From: a virus | Virus record (IMG/VR): IMGVR_UViG_3300031414_000008 | Coordinates: 64,001-128,000 of that record | Direction: 5' to 3' (one strand) | DNA length: 64,000 nt | In this document: one piece after another, positions 9,011 to 19,027 of the stretch | Position numbering within the stretch: the stretch's first letter is position 1 | Layout: each line of letters begins with the position of its first letter | Notes under the pieces: model-generated | Told to the model about the DNA's origin: nothing | What the model saw: only the letters and a program-made list of their open reading frames with translations | Database searches by the model: none | Translations under genes and position numbers: made by a program

Positions 9011-10522
9011 ATGTTAGACATGAAGAAAGTTTTAGATGTCCGCCACCAGGCGAAAATGATGATCGAACTCCACGGCCAGCCGACTTCGTTCAACCGTATC
9101 TTCAACGAAATCAACTTCAACCCGCTGACCTGGATGGACGGTTACAAGTTCTCCCAGTTCCTGCAGTATCCGCTGAAGACGAACCACCTGCTCTCCTACA
9201 TCGAAGCCCGCTTCGGTGCCAAGCACGTTGACATTCCGTTCTACATCCAGCCGTTCCTGAAGGAGTTCATGACGCGTCCGCTGACCCAGCGTCACATCGA
9301 CGATCAGGCCGCGGCGAACGCTAAGTACGGTGCTCCGTTCAACAAAGCCGGCTACGAGCGTATCGTGAACGAGTTCGGTGGCCGCTGGCCGGTAGAGATC
9401 AAAGCGCTTCCGGAAGGCTGTATCGTGCCGCCTGGCGTGCCGATGACTTACATCGAAGAGACCCACCCGGACTTCGCGTGGATCGTGTCCCCGTTCGAGA
9501 CCGCGATGCTGCGTGGCGTGTGGTACATGACGACCGTTGGTGCCGTTTCTCTGGCCGTTCAGAAGACCATCCGCAAGTACCTGCTGGAATCCTCTGACCT
9601 GACACCGGTGGAAATCGAAGAGACGATGTCTCTGATGTTGAACGACTTCGGTGCCCGCGGTGCGACTGGCCATGAAGGTGCGATGCTGGGCGGTATGGCC
9701 CACCTGTTGACCGGTCAGCTCGGTACCGACACGATGGAAGCGGTAGACGGCCTGCGGATCTACTACCACCAGGAACGCGGCACCGGCGGCATGACGATCC
9801 CTGCCTCTGAGCACTCCACGGCCACGTCCTTTGGTCTGGAGCCGGAAGAAGAGATCGCGTTCAACAACCACATGATCGAGATGTTCGGTGACGGCTTCAT
9901 CTTCGCGTCGGTCATTGACTCTGCGGATGCTCACCGTAACGTACGCGATCACTGGGGTACGGCGAACCTTGATCGTGTCCTGGCGATGAAGGCCCGTCTG
10001 GTTCTGCGTCCGGATTCTGGCGTGCCGGAAGAAGAGTCGGTCAAAGTCCTCGAGCTGATGTGGGAACGCTTCGGCGGTACGACCAACTCCAAAGGCAAGC
10101 GTGTCCTGAATCCTAAGGTCCGCATGATCTACGGTGACGGCATCAACGAAGAGAGCATCGAGCGTATCTGTGCGGCCGTCGTCGGCACCGGCTTCTCCCT
10201 GGAGAACATGTGCTTCGGGATGGGCGGTGCACTCCTGCAGGACGTCGTTCGCGACACTGAACGCTATGCCATGAAGGCGTGCGAAATCGGTGATGACAAA
10301 GGTCGTCGTCCAATCGGCAAGAAGCCGAAGACTGACCCGACCAAGTCCTCGAAGTTCGGTCCACGCTACCTGTACCTGAACAACTTCGGTGAGATCATCC
10401 AGTACGCCGAGCCGGTGGTCGGTTGCGAAGAGCTGATGTCTGTGCGTTACCGCAACGGTCTGCTCCTCGAAGACTACACCTGTGACATGGTGCGTGACCT
10501 GATCGCTCATCAGCGTCACTAA
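9011..10522 (+). CDS. nadV: nicotinamide phosphoribosyltransferase (Nampt/NadV)
   Basis: DGYKFSQ, DFGARG, IPASEHS, RPDSG, YGDGI, FGMGGALLQ..RDT motifs. Confidence 0.93.
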   Translation: MLDMKKVLDVRHQAKMMIELHGQPTSFNRIFNEINFNPLTWMDGYKFSQFLQYPLKTNHLLSYIEARFGAKHVDIPFYIQPFLKEFMTRPLTQRHIDDQAAANAKYGAPFNKAGYERIVNEFGGRWPVEIKALPEGCIVPPGVPMTYIEETHPDFAWIVSPFETAMLRGVWYMTTVGAVSLAVQKTIRKYLLESSDLTPVEIEETMSLMLNDFGARGATGHEGAMLGGMAHLLTGQLGTDTMEAVDGLRIYYHQERGTGGMTIPASEHSTATSFGLEPEEEIAFNNHMIEMFGDGFIFASVIDSADAHRNVRDHWGTANLDRVLAMKARLVLRPDSGVPEEESVKVLELMWERFGGTTNSKGKRVLNPKVRMIYGDGINEESIERICAAVVGTGFSLENMCFGMGGALLQDVVRDTERYAMKACEIGDDKGRRPIGKKPKTDPTKSSKFGPRYLYLNNFGEIIQYAEPVVGCEELMSVRYRNGLLLEDYTCDMVRDLIAHQRH

Positions 10523-10659
10523 TCAATCGGAGGGCCAAGGATGGCCCAATGAGTAATATACTGCTCATTAATGGCCAAAAGTGCTATTATTGTGTAGTAT
10601 ATTGCTCATTATCTTTTTAGGTCTATAAGCACCGCTAATCATTAAAAAGGGGTCCTTTG

Positions 10660-10669
10660 GGTATAAGTA
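10660..10669 (+). promoter_or_regulatory. phage promoter motif GGTATAAGTA (first of 12 exact copies)
   Basis: also at 22568, 25388, 28138, 32666, 38174, 39068, 42904, 50618, 51758, 56289, 62546; all + strand and at gene boundaries. Confidence 0.8.
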
Positions 10670-10692
10670 AGGTGTAAACCACACAAGGACTT

Positions 10693-11562
10693 TTGATCAT
10701 GATTCTTCAATACCTCAAAGCTATCGACCGCGAACAGTACAACAAATACGTGGACTTCAACATGGGCTACCTGTCCGACCTGAAGCTCAATCTCTTCACC
10801 CCAATGCCTGACGACTACGCGATTAAGAACATCCTCGCGAAGGACGAAATGGACCCGTTTGCCATGTCTCCGAACTCCGCCCCAAGGAAACTCCATGAGG
10901 CGCTGGGCAAACTGATTGAACGTCTGTACTTCTTCAACGAGGAAGAGAAGGCGGCAATCAACGGGGTTATGACGTACCTGGATATCTCGATGAGCCCGGA
11001 CCTGGGTCATATCGAACGCACGCTGGCCCCACTCGAAGGGATCCATGAGGAACTCATCGAGGTAGAGACCGGTGCGGACGGCGTGATCGTGTACGCGAAG
11101 ATGCTCTACAACCGTTCTCGTATCATGGCCCTGCAGTCACGCGGTCTGAATGACCTGGAACGTGAGCTGCGTACGGACCTGGACAAGCAGATCCCCGCGG
11201 ATGAGTTTGCTGCACTCCTGTGTCGCATGAACTCCATTCACCACGCTCTGAAGTCTATTCGGACCTCGGTCATTCCGAGCATGAAAGACAAAGAGATCTG
11301 TGCTATGATTGTCGACATCAGTGAAGCGATGATTACGTACCGTCGCTCCCTGATTGCCCCAGAGAAAGCCGGTCTCGGTGAATTCGATCTGGCAGCGTCC
11401 GAGCAGTTGCTCCTCAAGAAGCAACCGACTCAGGCAGCCGGCGACAACCTCAAGACCATCATCGATTCGTACTCTGCAAAGAACTTAGCGTTCACCCCTG
11501 CGGACTTCCTTCTGTCACTGAACGAAGGTGTTCGCCTGTCAGGTATCAACCTGATGGTGTAA
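10693..11562 (+). CDS. hypothetical protein
   Basis: 289 aa ORF after a GGTATAAGTA motif, followed by a terminator. Confidence 0.7.
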   Translation: MIMILQYLKAIDREQYNKYVDFNMGYLSDLKLNLFTPMPDDYAIKNILAKDEMDPFAMSPNSAPRKLHEALGKLIERLYFFNEEEKAAINGVMTYLDISMSPDLGHIERTLAPLEGIHEELIEVETGADGVIVYAKMLYNRSRIMALQSRGLNDLERELRTDLDKQIPADEFAALLCRMNSIHHALKSIRTSVIPSMKDKEICAMIVDISEAMITYRRSLIAPEKAGLGEFDLAASEQLLLKKQPTQAAGDNLKTIIDSYSAKNLAFTPADFLLSLNEGVRLSGINLMV

Positions 11563-11566
11563 TCAC

Positions 11567-11587
11567 AAAGCCCTTCGGGGCTTTTTT
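11567..11587 (+). terminator. intrinsic terminator (representative of many cTTCGg hairpins)
   Basis: AAAGCCC-TTCG-GGGCTTTTTT; near-identical copies at about 20243, 42881, 54667 and 61333. Confidence 0.85.
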
Positions 11588-11597
11588 AGGAGAAAAT

Positions 11598-11813
11598 ATG
11601 CACGTAGAAATTACTGCGATTCCCAAACAGGTCCGTTGCATCGGCCTGAACAACCTGCAAGTTGGCGATTCCTTCGAGCTCTACCGGGAGACCGGTGCTG
11701 AGTCGGACAACCACTGGTTCAATTACGGCAGCATGAAGCAATTCGAGAACAACCTCGATGACCTGATCGTTAACGGGATCGAATTCAAGGTGACCAATGA
11801 AAAAGCCGAGTAA
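11598..11813 (+). CDS. hypothetical protein
   Basis: 71 aa ORF, AGGAG RBS. Confidence 0.6.
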   Translation: MHVEITAIPKQVRCIGLNNLQVGDSFELYRETGAESDNHWFNYGSMKQFENNLDDLIVNGIEFKVTNEKAE

Positions 11814-13353
11814 CTTCACATACGAATGGTACGACTATGACGCTCTGAACGCGTACGCCGGCCTCGACTGTGTTGCGACTCTGGAACTCATGGCGTCCTT
11901 GATGCCTAAGCTCCTGGATAAACCCCGCTACACCTGGTATCAACAGGGTGTTCGGACGGTATCGACGGCGCCCTCTGTTTTTTCCGAGCAAATTGACATC
12001 AAGACCAAGGCCTTGGAGTTCATTTGCGACATGGAAATCGTGGGGATGCAGTACGATATCGAAGGCAACCGAGCGATGGACAAACGGATGGTGGAGGACT
12101 TGGCAGCGACCGAGGACCAGATCTTTACTGCCATCGGCAAACGCATTGACCTCTCCTCCGCGGTCGTCCTGAAGGACTTCCTGTACCGCGAGATGGGCTT
12201 CGAGGCGCCTATTCAGACCAAACACGGTGACGACTCCACCTCCGGAGATGCCTTGATTGCTCTGAACAAGATCCACAAACTCCCGTGGCTCGAGGCGATC
12301 AAGAAGCGTAACGACGTCATGGCGATGCACGGCAACTTCATCAAGACGTACGTTGAGGACTGGGTCAAGCACGACGGCCGTGTGCATCCGAGCTACAACC
12401 TGCACGGTACGAGTTCTCACCGTATCTCCTCGTCGGAACCGAACCTCTTGAACCTGCCGCGAGGCTACTACGGCTACAACATCCGTCAGCTGTACACCTC
12501 AAAGCCCGGGTACATTTTCTTAGCCTTCGACTTCTCCTCCTGTGAGGTTAAGATTCTGGCCGCCCTGTCGGGTGACGAGACGATGATCGAGGCTTGCGTA
12601 TCCGGCAAGGACTTCCACTCGTACACAGCATCGATGATCTACCACATCGACTACGACGAGTTCGTAGCCATCGTTAAGGATCACCATCACCCAGACCACA
12701 AGAAGTTCAAGAACTACCGTCAGGGCGCCAAGTCTGTGACCTTCGGCCTGCTGTACGGTGCGACCGTTAACTCCATCGCCCGTGACTTAGGCATCGAACT
12801 GCCGGAAGCTCAGGAGATCGTTGACGCTTACTTCAACATCTACCCTCGAGTGAAAGCGTTCATCGCCGACTGCCACGCTATGGCCGGTGATAACCAGTTC
12901 GTCGTGACCCCGTTCGGTCAACGCAAAATGGAATATGGCACGCTGCCTATGTTCCAGGGCTCTGCGGCGTTCAATGCGGCGAAACGTAACGCTCAAAACG
13001 TGATGATTCAGTCTCCGGCGTCGACGCTGGGTCTCGTGGTGTTCACCGAACTGAACCGTCGCATGAAGGAAATCGGCGGCCAGTGCATCTGTACGGTGTA
13101 CGACTCCATTGAAATCGAAGTGCCGCTGGCCCGGGCGGAAGAAGCCGTGAAGCTTGGCTACTACGTCATGAACGATTGGCCTCAGGAAGTGTTCGATTGG
13201 TTGAACTTCCCGATCGGTGCCGATGGTGAAATCGGTTGGAACTGGGGTGACGTGGAGCCCGTCTACGCGACTTCAACCCAGGCAGAAATCATGTCAATGC
13301 TCGCCGCGGCGAACAGCGACAAATTCCAGGAAGCAGTGAGGATGGCAGCATGA
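11797..13353 (+). CDS. DNA polymerase A, C-terminal half: Exo III motif plus polymerase domain
   Basis: YAGLD (Exo III) near the N-terminus, HRISSSEPNLLNLP, DFSSCEVKILA (motif A), RQGAKSVTFGLLYG (motif B), TVYDSIEIE (motif C). Confidence 0.93.
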   Translation: MKKPSNFTYEWYDYDALNAYAGLDCVATLELMASLMPKLLDKPRYTWYQQGVRTVSTAPSVFSEQIDIKTKALEFICDMEIVGMQYDIEGNRAMDKRMVEDLAATEDQIFTAIGKRIDLSSAVVLKDFLYREMGFEAPIQTKHGDDSTSGDALIALNKIHKLPWLEAIKKRNDVMAMHGNFIKTYVEDWVKHDGRVHPSYNLHGTSSHRISSSEPNLLNLPRGYYGYNIRQLYTSKPGYIFLAFDFSSCEVKILAALSGDETMIEACVSGKDFHSYTASMIYHIDYDEFVAIVKDHHHPDHKKFKNYRQGAKSVTFGLLYGATVNSIARDLGIELPEAQEIVDAYFNIYPRVKAFIADCHAMAGDNQFVVTPFGQRKMEYGTLPMFQGSAAFNAAKRNAQNVMIQSPASTLGLVVFTELNRRMKEIGGQCICTVYDSIEIEVPLARAEEAVKLGYYVMNDWPQEVFDWLNFPIGADGEIGWNWGDVEPVYATSTQAEIMSMLAAANSDKFQEAVRMAA

Positions 13354-13685
13354 GTGCATTTGAAAAAGGCAGTAAACATTTACTCTTCCGCATCATGCGG
13401 ATGGTGACCGAGCAGCAGACCGAGCACGGGGCGTTCCGCTTCGTGTATCACCGCACGCTGAACGAGATCAAGGACAAGCTCCTGGAAACGACCGAGGGTG
13501 ACATGAAGTACGTCATTGTTTTCGCCACGATGTTCGGTGATACAGCCTCCCCGGCGACCTCCATGAAGCTCTTCGCCGGCGCCGTCGACGCTCTGATTCA
13601 GGAACCGGGAGCCGAGCTCTCGATTCTGTGCCAGCCGCGGGACTACACGGAGCTGCCGGAGGTCGTAAACATCATCGTGAAGTGA
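13350..13685 (+). CDS. hypothetical protein
   Basis: 111 aa ORF, ATGA overlap. Confidence 0.6.
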   Translation: MSAFEKGSKHLLFRIMRMVTEQQTEHGAFRFVYHRTLNEIKDKLLETTEGDMKYVIVFATMFGDTASPATSMKLFAGAVDALIQEPGAELSILCQPRDYTELPEVVNIIVK

Positions 13686-13743
13686 GGGTATAAGAATAAC
13701 GTAACGGGGAGCTAGACTCCCCTCTTTCAATCAAGGAGTTTGT

Positions 13744-14181
13744 ATGGACATCTTTCGCACGACGACTAAACAGCTGCGATTCAATCTTCAGGCCCGGTTA
13801 CTCAGTGAGATGACTGACGGTCGCCCGCCGCTCGAGCGCTGCATGCTGGGCAACATCATGGTGCTTCGCAATGATATGGCGAACCGTGAACTGAATGAGT
13901 ACATCCGTGAACAGACTTCGGTTCGCGGCGAAGATCACTCCTTCCTGTTCCGTGAGCTGTTCGGCGAAGAGAATCTGACCACTGAGTGGAAGACCTCTGA
14001 ACTTCTCAATGAAGCGGCTAACTGGATGATCGATAACGACATTCATGGCGCCTTCAAGATCGAGACAATCACTTGGCGCTATCGCGATACACCATGGCAC
14101 CTTCCTCTCATCACCGGTTTCTCCGTCCGCGGTACCGGCGTAATGAAAAACACCATCAAAGGCTTCGGGAAATCATCATGA
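13744..14181 (+). CDS. hypothetical protein
   Basis: 145 aa ORF, AGGAG RBS. Confidence 0.6.
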   Translation: MDIFRTTTKQLRFNLQARLLSEMTDGRPPLERCMLGNIMVLRNDMANRELNEYIREQTSVRGEDHSFLFRELFGEENLTTEWKTSELLNEAANWMIDNDIHGAFKIETITWRYRDTPWHLPLITGFSVRGTGVMKNTIKGFGKSS

Positions 14182-14480
14182 GAAAAGAAGAGATCTTCCA
14201 CCGTCAGTTAATCAACTCGTACGTCAAACACGTCGCGACGACGCCAACAGAGGAGTTCCTGGTTCGCTCAGAGCTGATCCGTCGCACCCGCGAGTTCACC
14301 GGTAACATGGGCCCGGACGGTCCGCAGTACGCTCGTGCCTCTACCGCGATCTTCTTCCGTGGCGACAAGATGGCCTACGAAGAGCACCTCGTCATGGCAC
14401 TGATCGAAGAGCCTGCGTATGTGTACGAAATCGAAACGTTCCCTTACGGGGACACCACTTTGAAATCTGTGAGTATCTAA
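14178..14480 (+). CDS. hypothetical protein
   Basis: ATGA overlap. Confidence 0.55.
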   Translation: MRKEEIFHRQLINSYVKHVATTPTEEFLVRSELIRRTREFTGNMGPDGPQYARASTAIFFRGDKMAYEEHLVMALIEEPAYVYEIETFPYGDTTLKSVSI

Positions 14481-14843
14481 ATGTCAGCTTCTCAACGACT
14501 GTTCTTGAAGATTCACCGAGCGATCGCTGAGCAAGCTGGGAGCGACCTGGTAGGCTATTCAGTCTTCCGGGCGCTCCGCATCGATGCTATGCAGATCTCA
14601 TCTTTGATGAAAACCCCTCACGACCCACAAGCGGAAACTTTCGCTCGCATGCATGCCGAACCCAAAACCATCGCGGCGACCCGAACTATGTTCCTCAAAG
14701 CTTTAGCTCACAGAGAGAACCTCCGGGACGACTACTACGTTGGTGTGACGCTTAAGACCCGTGGTGTGACCGAACCGCCAGTGGTGACGGAGATCACCAT
14801 GTGGGATGAGGACATCCAGAAGAAAACGAGGTTCAAGCTATGA
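14481..14843 (+). CDS. hypothetical protein
   Basis: 120 aa ORF. Confidence 0.55.
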   Translation: MSASQRLFLKIHRAIAEQAGSDLVGYSVFRALRIDAMQISSLMKTPHDPQAETFARMHAEPKTIAATRTMFLKALAHRENLRDDYYVGVTLKTRGVTEPPVVTEITMWDEDIQKKTRFKL

Positions 14844-15033
14844 AGAAAATGGGCTATGCCCTACTGGCGTTGGTTACGGCTAATCTGGGCTCGGTCGTCG
14901 CCAACGCAGAAACCATGGGCCCGGATGCCGAAGCGGCGCCAGACAGCGCCCCTTGGAAGGTCCGCCTGTACGGTGCTAACAAAGACCGTCGGGCATCCCG
15001 TAAGAAACGTGCTAAGAAACTAGGGAGAAGACG

Positions 15034-15372
15034 ATGAAGGTACGCTTTAGTCATGAAGACGGATGGTCTGGCGGCCAGTGGCAGTTCGATGGTGTAACGC
15101 TCGCGAAGTTCAAAGCGGCTTTCGGCATTGATCCGTTCCCGCGGCGTGGGATGAAAGCAGAGCTCGTCGGTCCGAGCGGCCTTCACTCAGCCATCACTTC
15201 CGAGCAACGCCTGACGGTCACCGGTGTGGACCACGATCACGGACATCGCTACGACTGGCGCTATGAAGAGCCAATGTTCTTAGTCGGAAATTGCCCGTTC
15301 CCGATTCCGGCTAACCAGATCTGGAAGGACGGCTACACAATCCTCCTGGAGGTACCGGATGGATCCAACTAA
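15034..15372 (+). CDS. hypothetical protein
   Basis: 112 aa ORF. Confidence 0.55.
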   Translation: MKVRFSHEDGWSGGQWQFDGVTLAKFKAAFGIDPFPRRGMKAELVGPSGLHSAITSEQRLTVTGVDHDHGHRYDWRYEEPMFLVGNCPFPIPANQIWKDGYTILLEVPDGSN

Positions 15373-15785
15373 GATTGTCGTCCTGGGGGCCGGCCCGGAC
15401 CCGATCCGTGGCATTATCGATGAGTTAACGAAGGACGGTCAAGTCCTTGAGATCAAGACTCGTGGTGATTTCCTCGGAGACGTTCAAGTGCTGCCAAGAC
15501 GTGTTCCAGAGGAGCACAGCTGGGCGGATCGCCGTGGTAAGAGTGGAGCTGCGAGGATTAAACGCAATGCGAAACAGAGACGGAATCGTAAAGGTAAATA
15601 GAGACGTCGGTATCAACGCTGTCATCAACGAAGGTGATTGGTATCACGAGATCCGCTTTCGTATGCACATGGGGTGTGTCTCGATTTGCGGACCTCTCTG
15701 CAATACCTCTCACACGAATGGGGAGTACCTGCTTCAGGAACTCCGTGAACTCAAAGCATTACTGAACGCAATACCGGAGATTTAA

Positions 15786-16241
15786 ATGGGAAAGGGTTAC
15801 GCTAAGTTACTGGTTGATCCAGTCGACGCGAAGAAGATCGAGAAAGCAGTCAAACCGTTCGGCGTGAAGTTGATGCCGCTTGAGAAACTGCACTTGACCC
15901 TAATGTACGACAAGTCGAATCCCGAGATCGACCCTGGCGTGAAGAAAGACACGCGGTATATTGCTACCGTGACGGGCGTCGAGCGGATGGGGGAGCCAGG
16001 CTCTAAGTGGGAAGCCGTAGCGCTGCAGCTGGAGTGCCCCGAACTGAAAGCCCGTCACTTGGCGCTGCGTGCCCGCGGGTTCAAGCACTCGTACGATGAA
16101 GTGAAGCTGCACGTCTCGCTGGCCTACGGTACCGAGAACGTCAAACTCATCCCGGTCATCGAGAAGCTCATCGCTGACGGCAAAATCCCTAACAAACTCC
16201 ACCTCGATCGCGAGACGTGGGAAGAACTGAAGGACGACTGA
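15786..16241 (+). CDS. acb1: anti-CBASS nuclease Acb1 (T4 gp57B-like 2H phosphoesterase)
   Basis: two 2H motifs HLTLMY and HVSLAY; LECPELKARHLALRARGFKHSYDE and LDRE..E.LK resemble T4 57B. Confidence 0.85.
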   Translation: MGKGYAKLLVDPVDAKKIEKAVKPFGVKLMPLEKLHLTLMYDKSNPEIDPGVKKDTRYIATVTGVERMGEPGSKWEAVALQLECPELKARHLALRARGFKHSYDEVKLHVSLAYGTENVKLIPVIEKLIADGKIPNKLHLDRETWEELKDD

Positions 16242-16567
16242 TGAACGATTCCCAGCAGTTAGCCTCCTTGGCCGGCATTCCGATGGATCAGATCAGAGAG
16301 TTTGTCCGTCAGTATATCGAACTGGCGATGAGCACGAACACGATTGTCCTGTGGGTGTGTGGCATCGTCCTCCCGTTGAGCATCTTTGGGTTTATTTCGG
16401 CGTTCTTCACTCGCGGTCAGTACGCTGCAGAGAGTCGGGCTAAATTCTGCTTCGCGGCAGCCGTCATTTCTATCATCATCTTGGCCAGTGCATCGTGGGA
16501 TCGTTACAAGATGACTCACTATCCCGTCCTCTACGTCATTCAAGACCTGCGGAGTTCTAACAAATGA
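16241..16567 (+). CDS. membrane protein
   Basis: two hydrophobic segments. Confidence 0.6.
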   Translation: MNDSQQLASLAGIPMDQIREFVRQYIELAMSTNTIVLWVCGIVLPLSIFGFISAFFTRGQYAAESRAKFCFAAAVISIIILASASWDRYKMTHYPVLYVIQDLRSSNK

Positions 16568-16950
16568 ATGAACAGCTTCAAGCAGCACTGTCCCGTTTAA
16601 TCGACACGCTCATTAAGTCGATCGACGGGGTTACCGGTCAAGTACCGGATCTTGTACGCCAACTCATAGAGTACAACGCCTTCCGTTCGGTGCTATGGAT
16701 GTATTGGTACGTCGCTCTGATCGTCGTCTGTGTCCTTTATTGGGTGTGGTACGGGTATAAGATCTGTAGAGGAGCACTTGATCGTTGGACCGAGTGTCAA
16801 AACGGATGGGGTGCAGGCATGGCCGTCATCGTCTTAGTTCTCGGTATAGCAGGAATCATAAATCTAATCAGTGAGTGGATCACCTACACTCAACTTACAC
16901 AGTACCCGAACGTTTGGGTTCTGGACTATCTCCGTTCGATGATTAAATAA
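16564..16950 (+). CDS. membrane protein, similar to upstream neighbour
   Basis: two TM segments; shared C-terminal YP..V...LRS. Confidence 0.6.
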   Translation: MNEQLQAALSRLIDTLIKSIDGVTGQVPDLVRQLIEYNAFRSVLWMYWYVALIVVCVLYWVWYGYKICRGALDRWTECQNGWGAGMAVIVLVLGIAGIINLISEWITYTQLTQYPNVWVLDYLRSMIK

Positions 16951-16960
16951 GGAAAGTACG

Positions 16961-19024
16961 ATGTTTAACTTCAAGCCGTTTGCTGCAGCTTTCGCTAAGC
17001 AGTGGGACTCCATGTCCGCCAATGAGATGTACCGTGTGGACGTGGGCGGTGACGCACTCTGGGACTACTACCTGGCATCCTTCCCGGAAGGCACCAACCC
17101 GATCTTCCGTCAGCGTACAGAACACGATGGATCCTATGATAAGAGCGTCGTCCGTCGTATTGGTAACGTCGTCACCATCAAGAATGGCGAGCTGACCACC
17201 GTTTGGGATCTGCCGGGTCTGGAATATCCGTATGACGTGGTCGCCGCTGCCATGGCTAAGCGTGTCAAAGCTGGCACCGTGAACTCCCTGTTCCGCATCA
17301 ACGAAGTCAAACTGGGTCACATTGAGACGTACGAAACGCTGGAAAGCGGTGAGGTCCTGACGTGGAATCACTTCCATGCGGCGATCGCTAAGCGTCACTT
17401 CTCGGTGAACGTTGAGCAGACCATCGGTGAGCCGAACACCACGGCACAGATGTTCAAACGCGGTCTGGAAACCCTGAAGCCGGAAGCGTTCGAGCTGGCC
17501 CTGGATCTGATCGACTCTAAGGCCGTGTACCGTGGCGAAGAGTTCCGTAAGAACATCGCGGAATTCGCAAAGGTGCAGGCAGCGTACCTGGAGATGGACG
17601 AACGTGCTCGTAACATCTACATCTGGAACAACATCGCGTTCCCGTATGCCCGCCTGCGTAACACCGCCATCGGTACACTGATCATCGATCTGTCCGAAGG
17701 TGAGAAGAGCCTGGAAGATGCGTGCCACGCGTACGGTCACAAGATGGATGGCTACAAGCGCCCAACTGCCGTGATCACGCAGGGTATGGTCAAGCAGGCG
17801 ATGGCAACGATCAACGAGCTGGGCCTCGAGCCGTCTCTGGAACGCCGCCACGCGAAGCTCTCTGACGTGAACGTGAACGACGTGCTGTGGGTATCTAACG
17901 AAGCTCAGTCGAAGATGAAGGGTGGTCTGGAATCCCTGCTGGCTGGCGAAGTGGCCCGTCCGAAGGTGAACGAAGACGCTGCCGAAGACATCTCTATCGC
18001 TGACTTCATGGGTCAGATTCTGCCTCACGCCCGCACGCTGGACGTTCTGTTCAAGAACGGTCTGCAGAAGAACCTGGCCAGCATCACGGCTCCGGTTCAC
18101 GCTGACGTCCCACCGCTGTTCAAGTGGGATAACGGCTTCGCCTGGTCCTATAAGGGGAACATCGCTGACTCCTCTATGCGTGAAGCGGTCGTGTCCCGTG
18201 GCGGTTCAGTTACCGGTGCCTTCCGCTTCACTCATCAGTGGAACTACGGCAAGCGTAACGCCTCACTGATGGACCTGCACGTGTTCATGCCAGGCTGGAA
18301 CGGTCACGGTACTGAGAAGTGCCACGACAACTACGGCAACCAGCAGCGTGTTGGCTGGAACCATCGTAATCACCACGGCTCCGGTGGCGTTCAGGACGTT
18401 GACTACGTTAACCCCGCTGAGCCAGGCTACGTACCGGTTGAGAACATCACGTTCCCAACGCTGAGCCGTATGCCAGATGGCGACTACGAGTGCAAGATCC
18501 ACAACTGGCAGCTGCGTTCTCCTACCGAAGGCGGTTTCCGTGCTGAGATCGAGTTCGCTGGTCAGATCTTCCAGTACGAAGTGGATCGTCCACTGAAATC
18601 CAAAGAGTGGGTGCACGTGGCGACGGTGACTAAACGTGGTGATACCTTCACTATCAAGCATCACCTGCCGTGCGGCCAAGCGCCTCAGGATGTGTGGGGC
18701 GTGAAAACTGAAGGCTTCGTACCGGTGTCCACTGTGATGCTCTCTCCGAACTACTGGGGTGAGTCCGCAACCGGTAACAAGCACTGGTTCTTCCTGCTGG
18801 ACGGCTGCCGTAACGATGAGCCAACCCGCGGCATCTATAACGAGTTCCTTCGTAACGAACTGTCGAACCTCGGCAAAGTCTTCGAAGTGCTCGGCAACAA
18901 AACCAAGTGTGAGCCTACCGATGAGCAGCTGTCCGGCCTCGGTTTCTCCTCCACTAAATCCGACTCTGTTATCGTCCGTGTGGGCGGCCAGAAATTCAAC
19001 AAACTGTTCAACATTAAATTCTAA
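16961..19024 (+). CDS. large hypothetical protein, possible YfaP/DUF2135-like segment
   Basis: 687 aa ORF; MDLHVFMP...GGVQDVDY...VENITF. Confidence 0.6.
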   Translation: MFNFKPFAAAFAKQWDSMSANEMYRVDVGGDALWDYYLASFPEGTNPIFRQRTEHDGSYDKSVVRRIGNVVTIKNGELTTVWDLPGLEYPYDVVAAAMAKRVKAGTVNSLFRINEVKLGHIETYETLESGEVLTWNHFHAAIAKRHFSVNVEQTIGEPNTTAQMFKRGLETLKPEAFELALDLIDSKAVYRGEEFRKNIAEFAKVQAAYLEMDERARNIYIWNNIAFPYARLRNTAIGTLIIDLSEGEKSLEDACHAYGHKMDGYKRPTAVITQGMVKQAMATINELGLEPSLERRHAKLSDVNVNDVLWVSNEAQSKMKGGLESLLAGEVARPKVNEDAAEDISIADFMGQILPHARTLDVLFKNGLQKNLASITAPVHADVPPLFKWDNGFAWSYKGNIADSSMREAVVSRGGSVTGAFRFTHQWNYGKRNASLMDLHVFMPGWNGHGTEKCHDNYGNQQRVGWNHRNHHGSGGVQDVDYVNPAEPGYVPVENITFPTLSRMPDGDYECKIHNWQLRSPTEGGFRAEIEFAGQIFQYEVDRPLKSKEWVHVATVTKRGDTFTIKHHLPCGQAPQDVWGVKTEGFVPVSTVMLSPNYWGESATGNKHWFFLLDGCRNDEPTRGIYNEFLRNELSNLGKVFEVLGNKTKCEPTDEQLSGLGFSSTKSDSVIVRVGGQKFNKLFNIKF

Positions 19025-19027
19025 GGA

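Noticed and set aside
9032-10519. Long minus-strand ORFs (9032-10519, 1470-2438, 16943-18100, 18263-19519, 29014-30072)
   Set aside because: Antisense shadows of well-supported plus-strand genes, with no motifs or RBS
2798-11797. Split intein or group I intron explaining the polymerase split
   Set aside because: No intein start/end residues or blocks at either junction, no intron or homing endonuclease, and ordinary genes fill the gap
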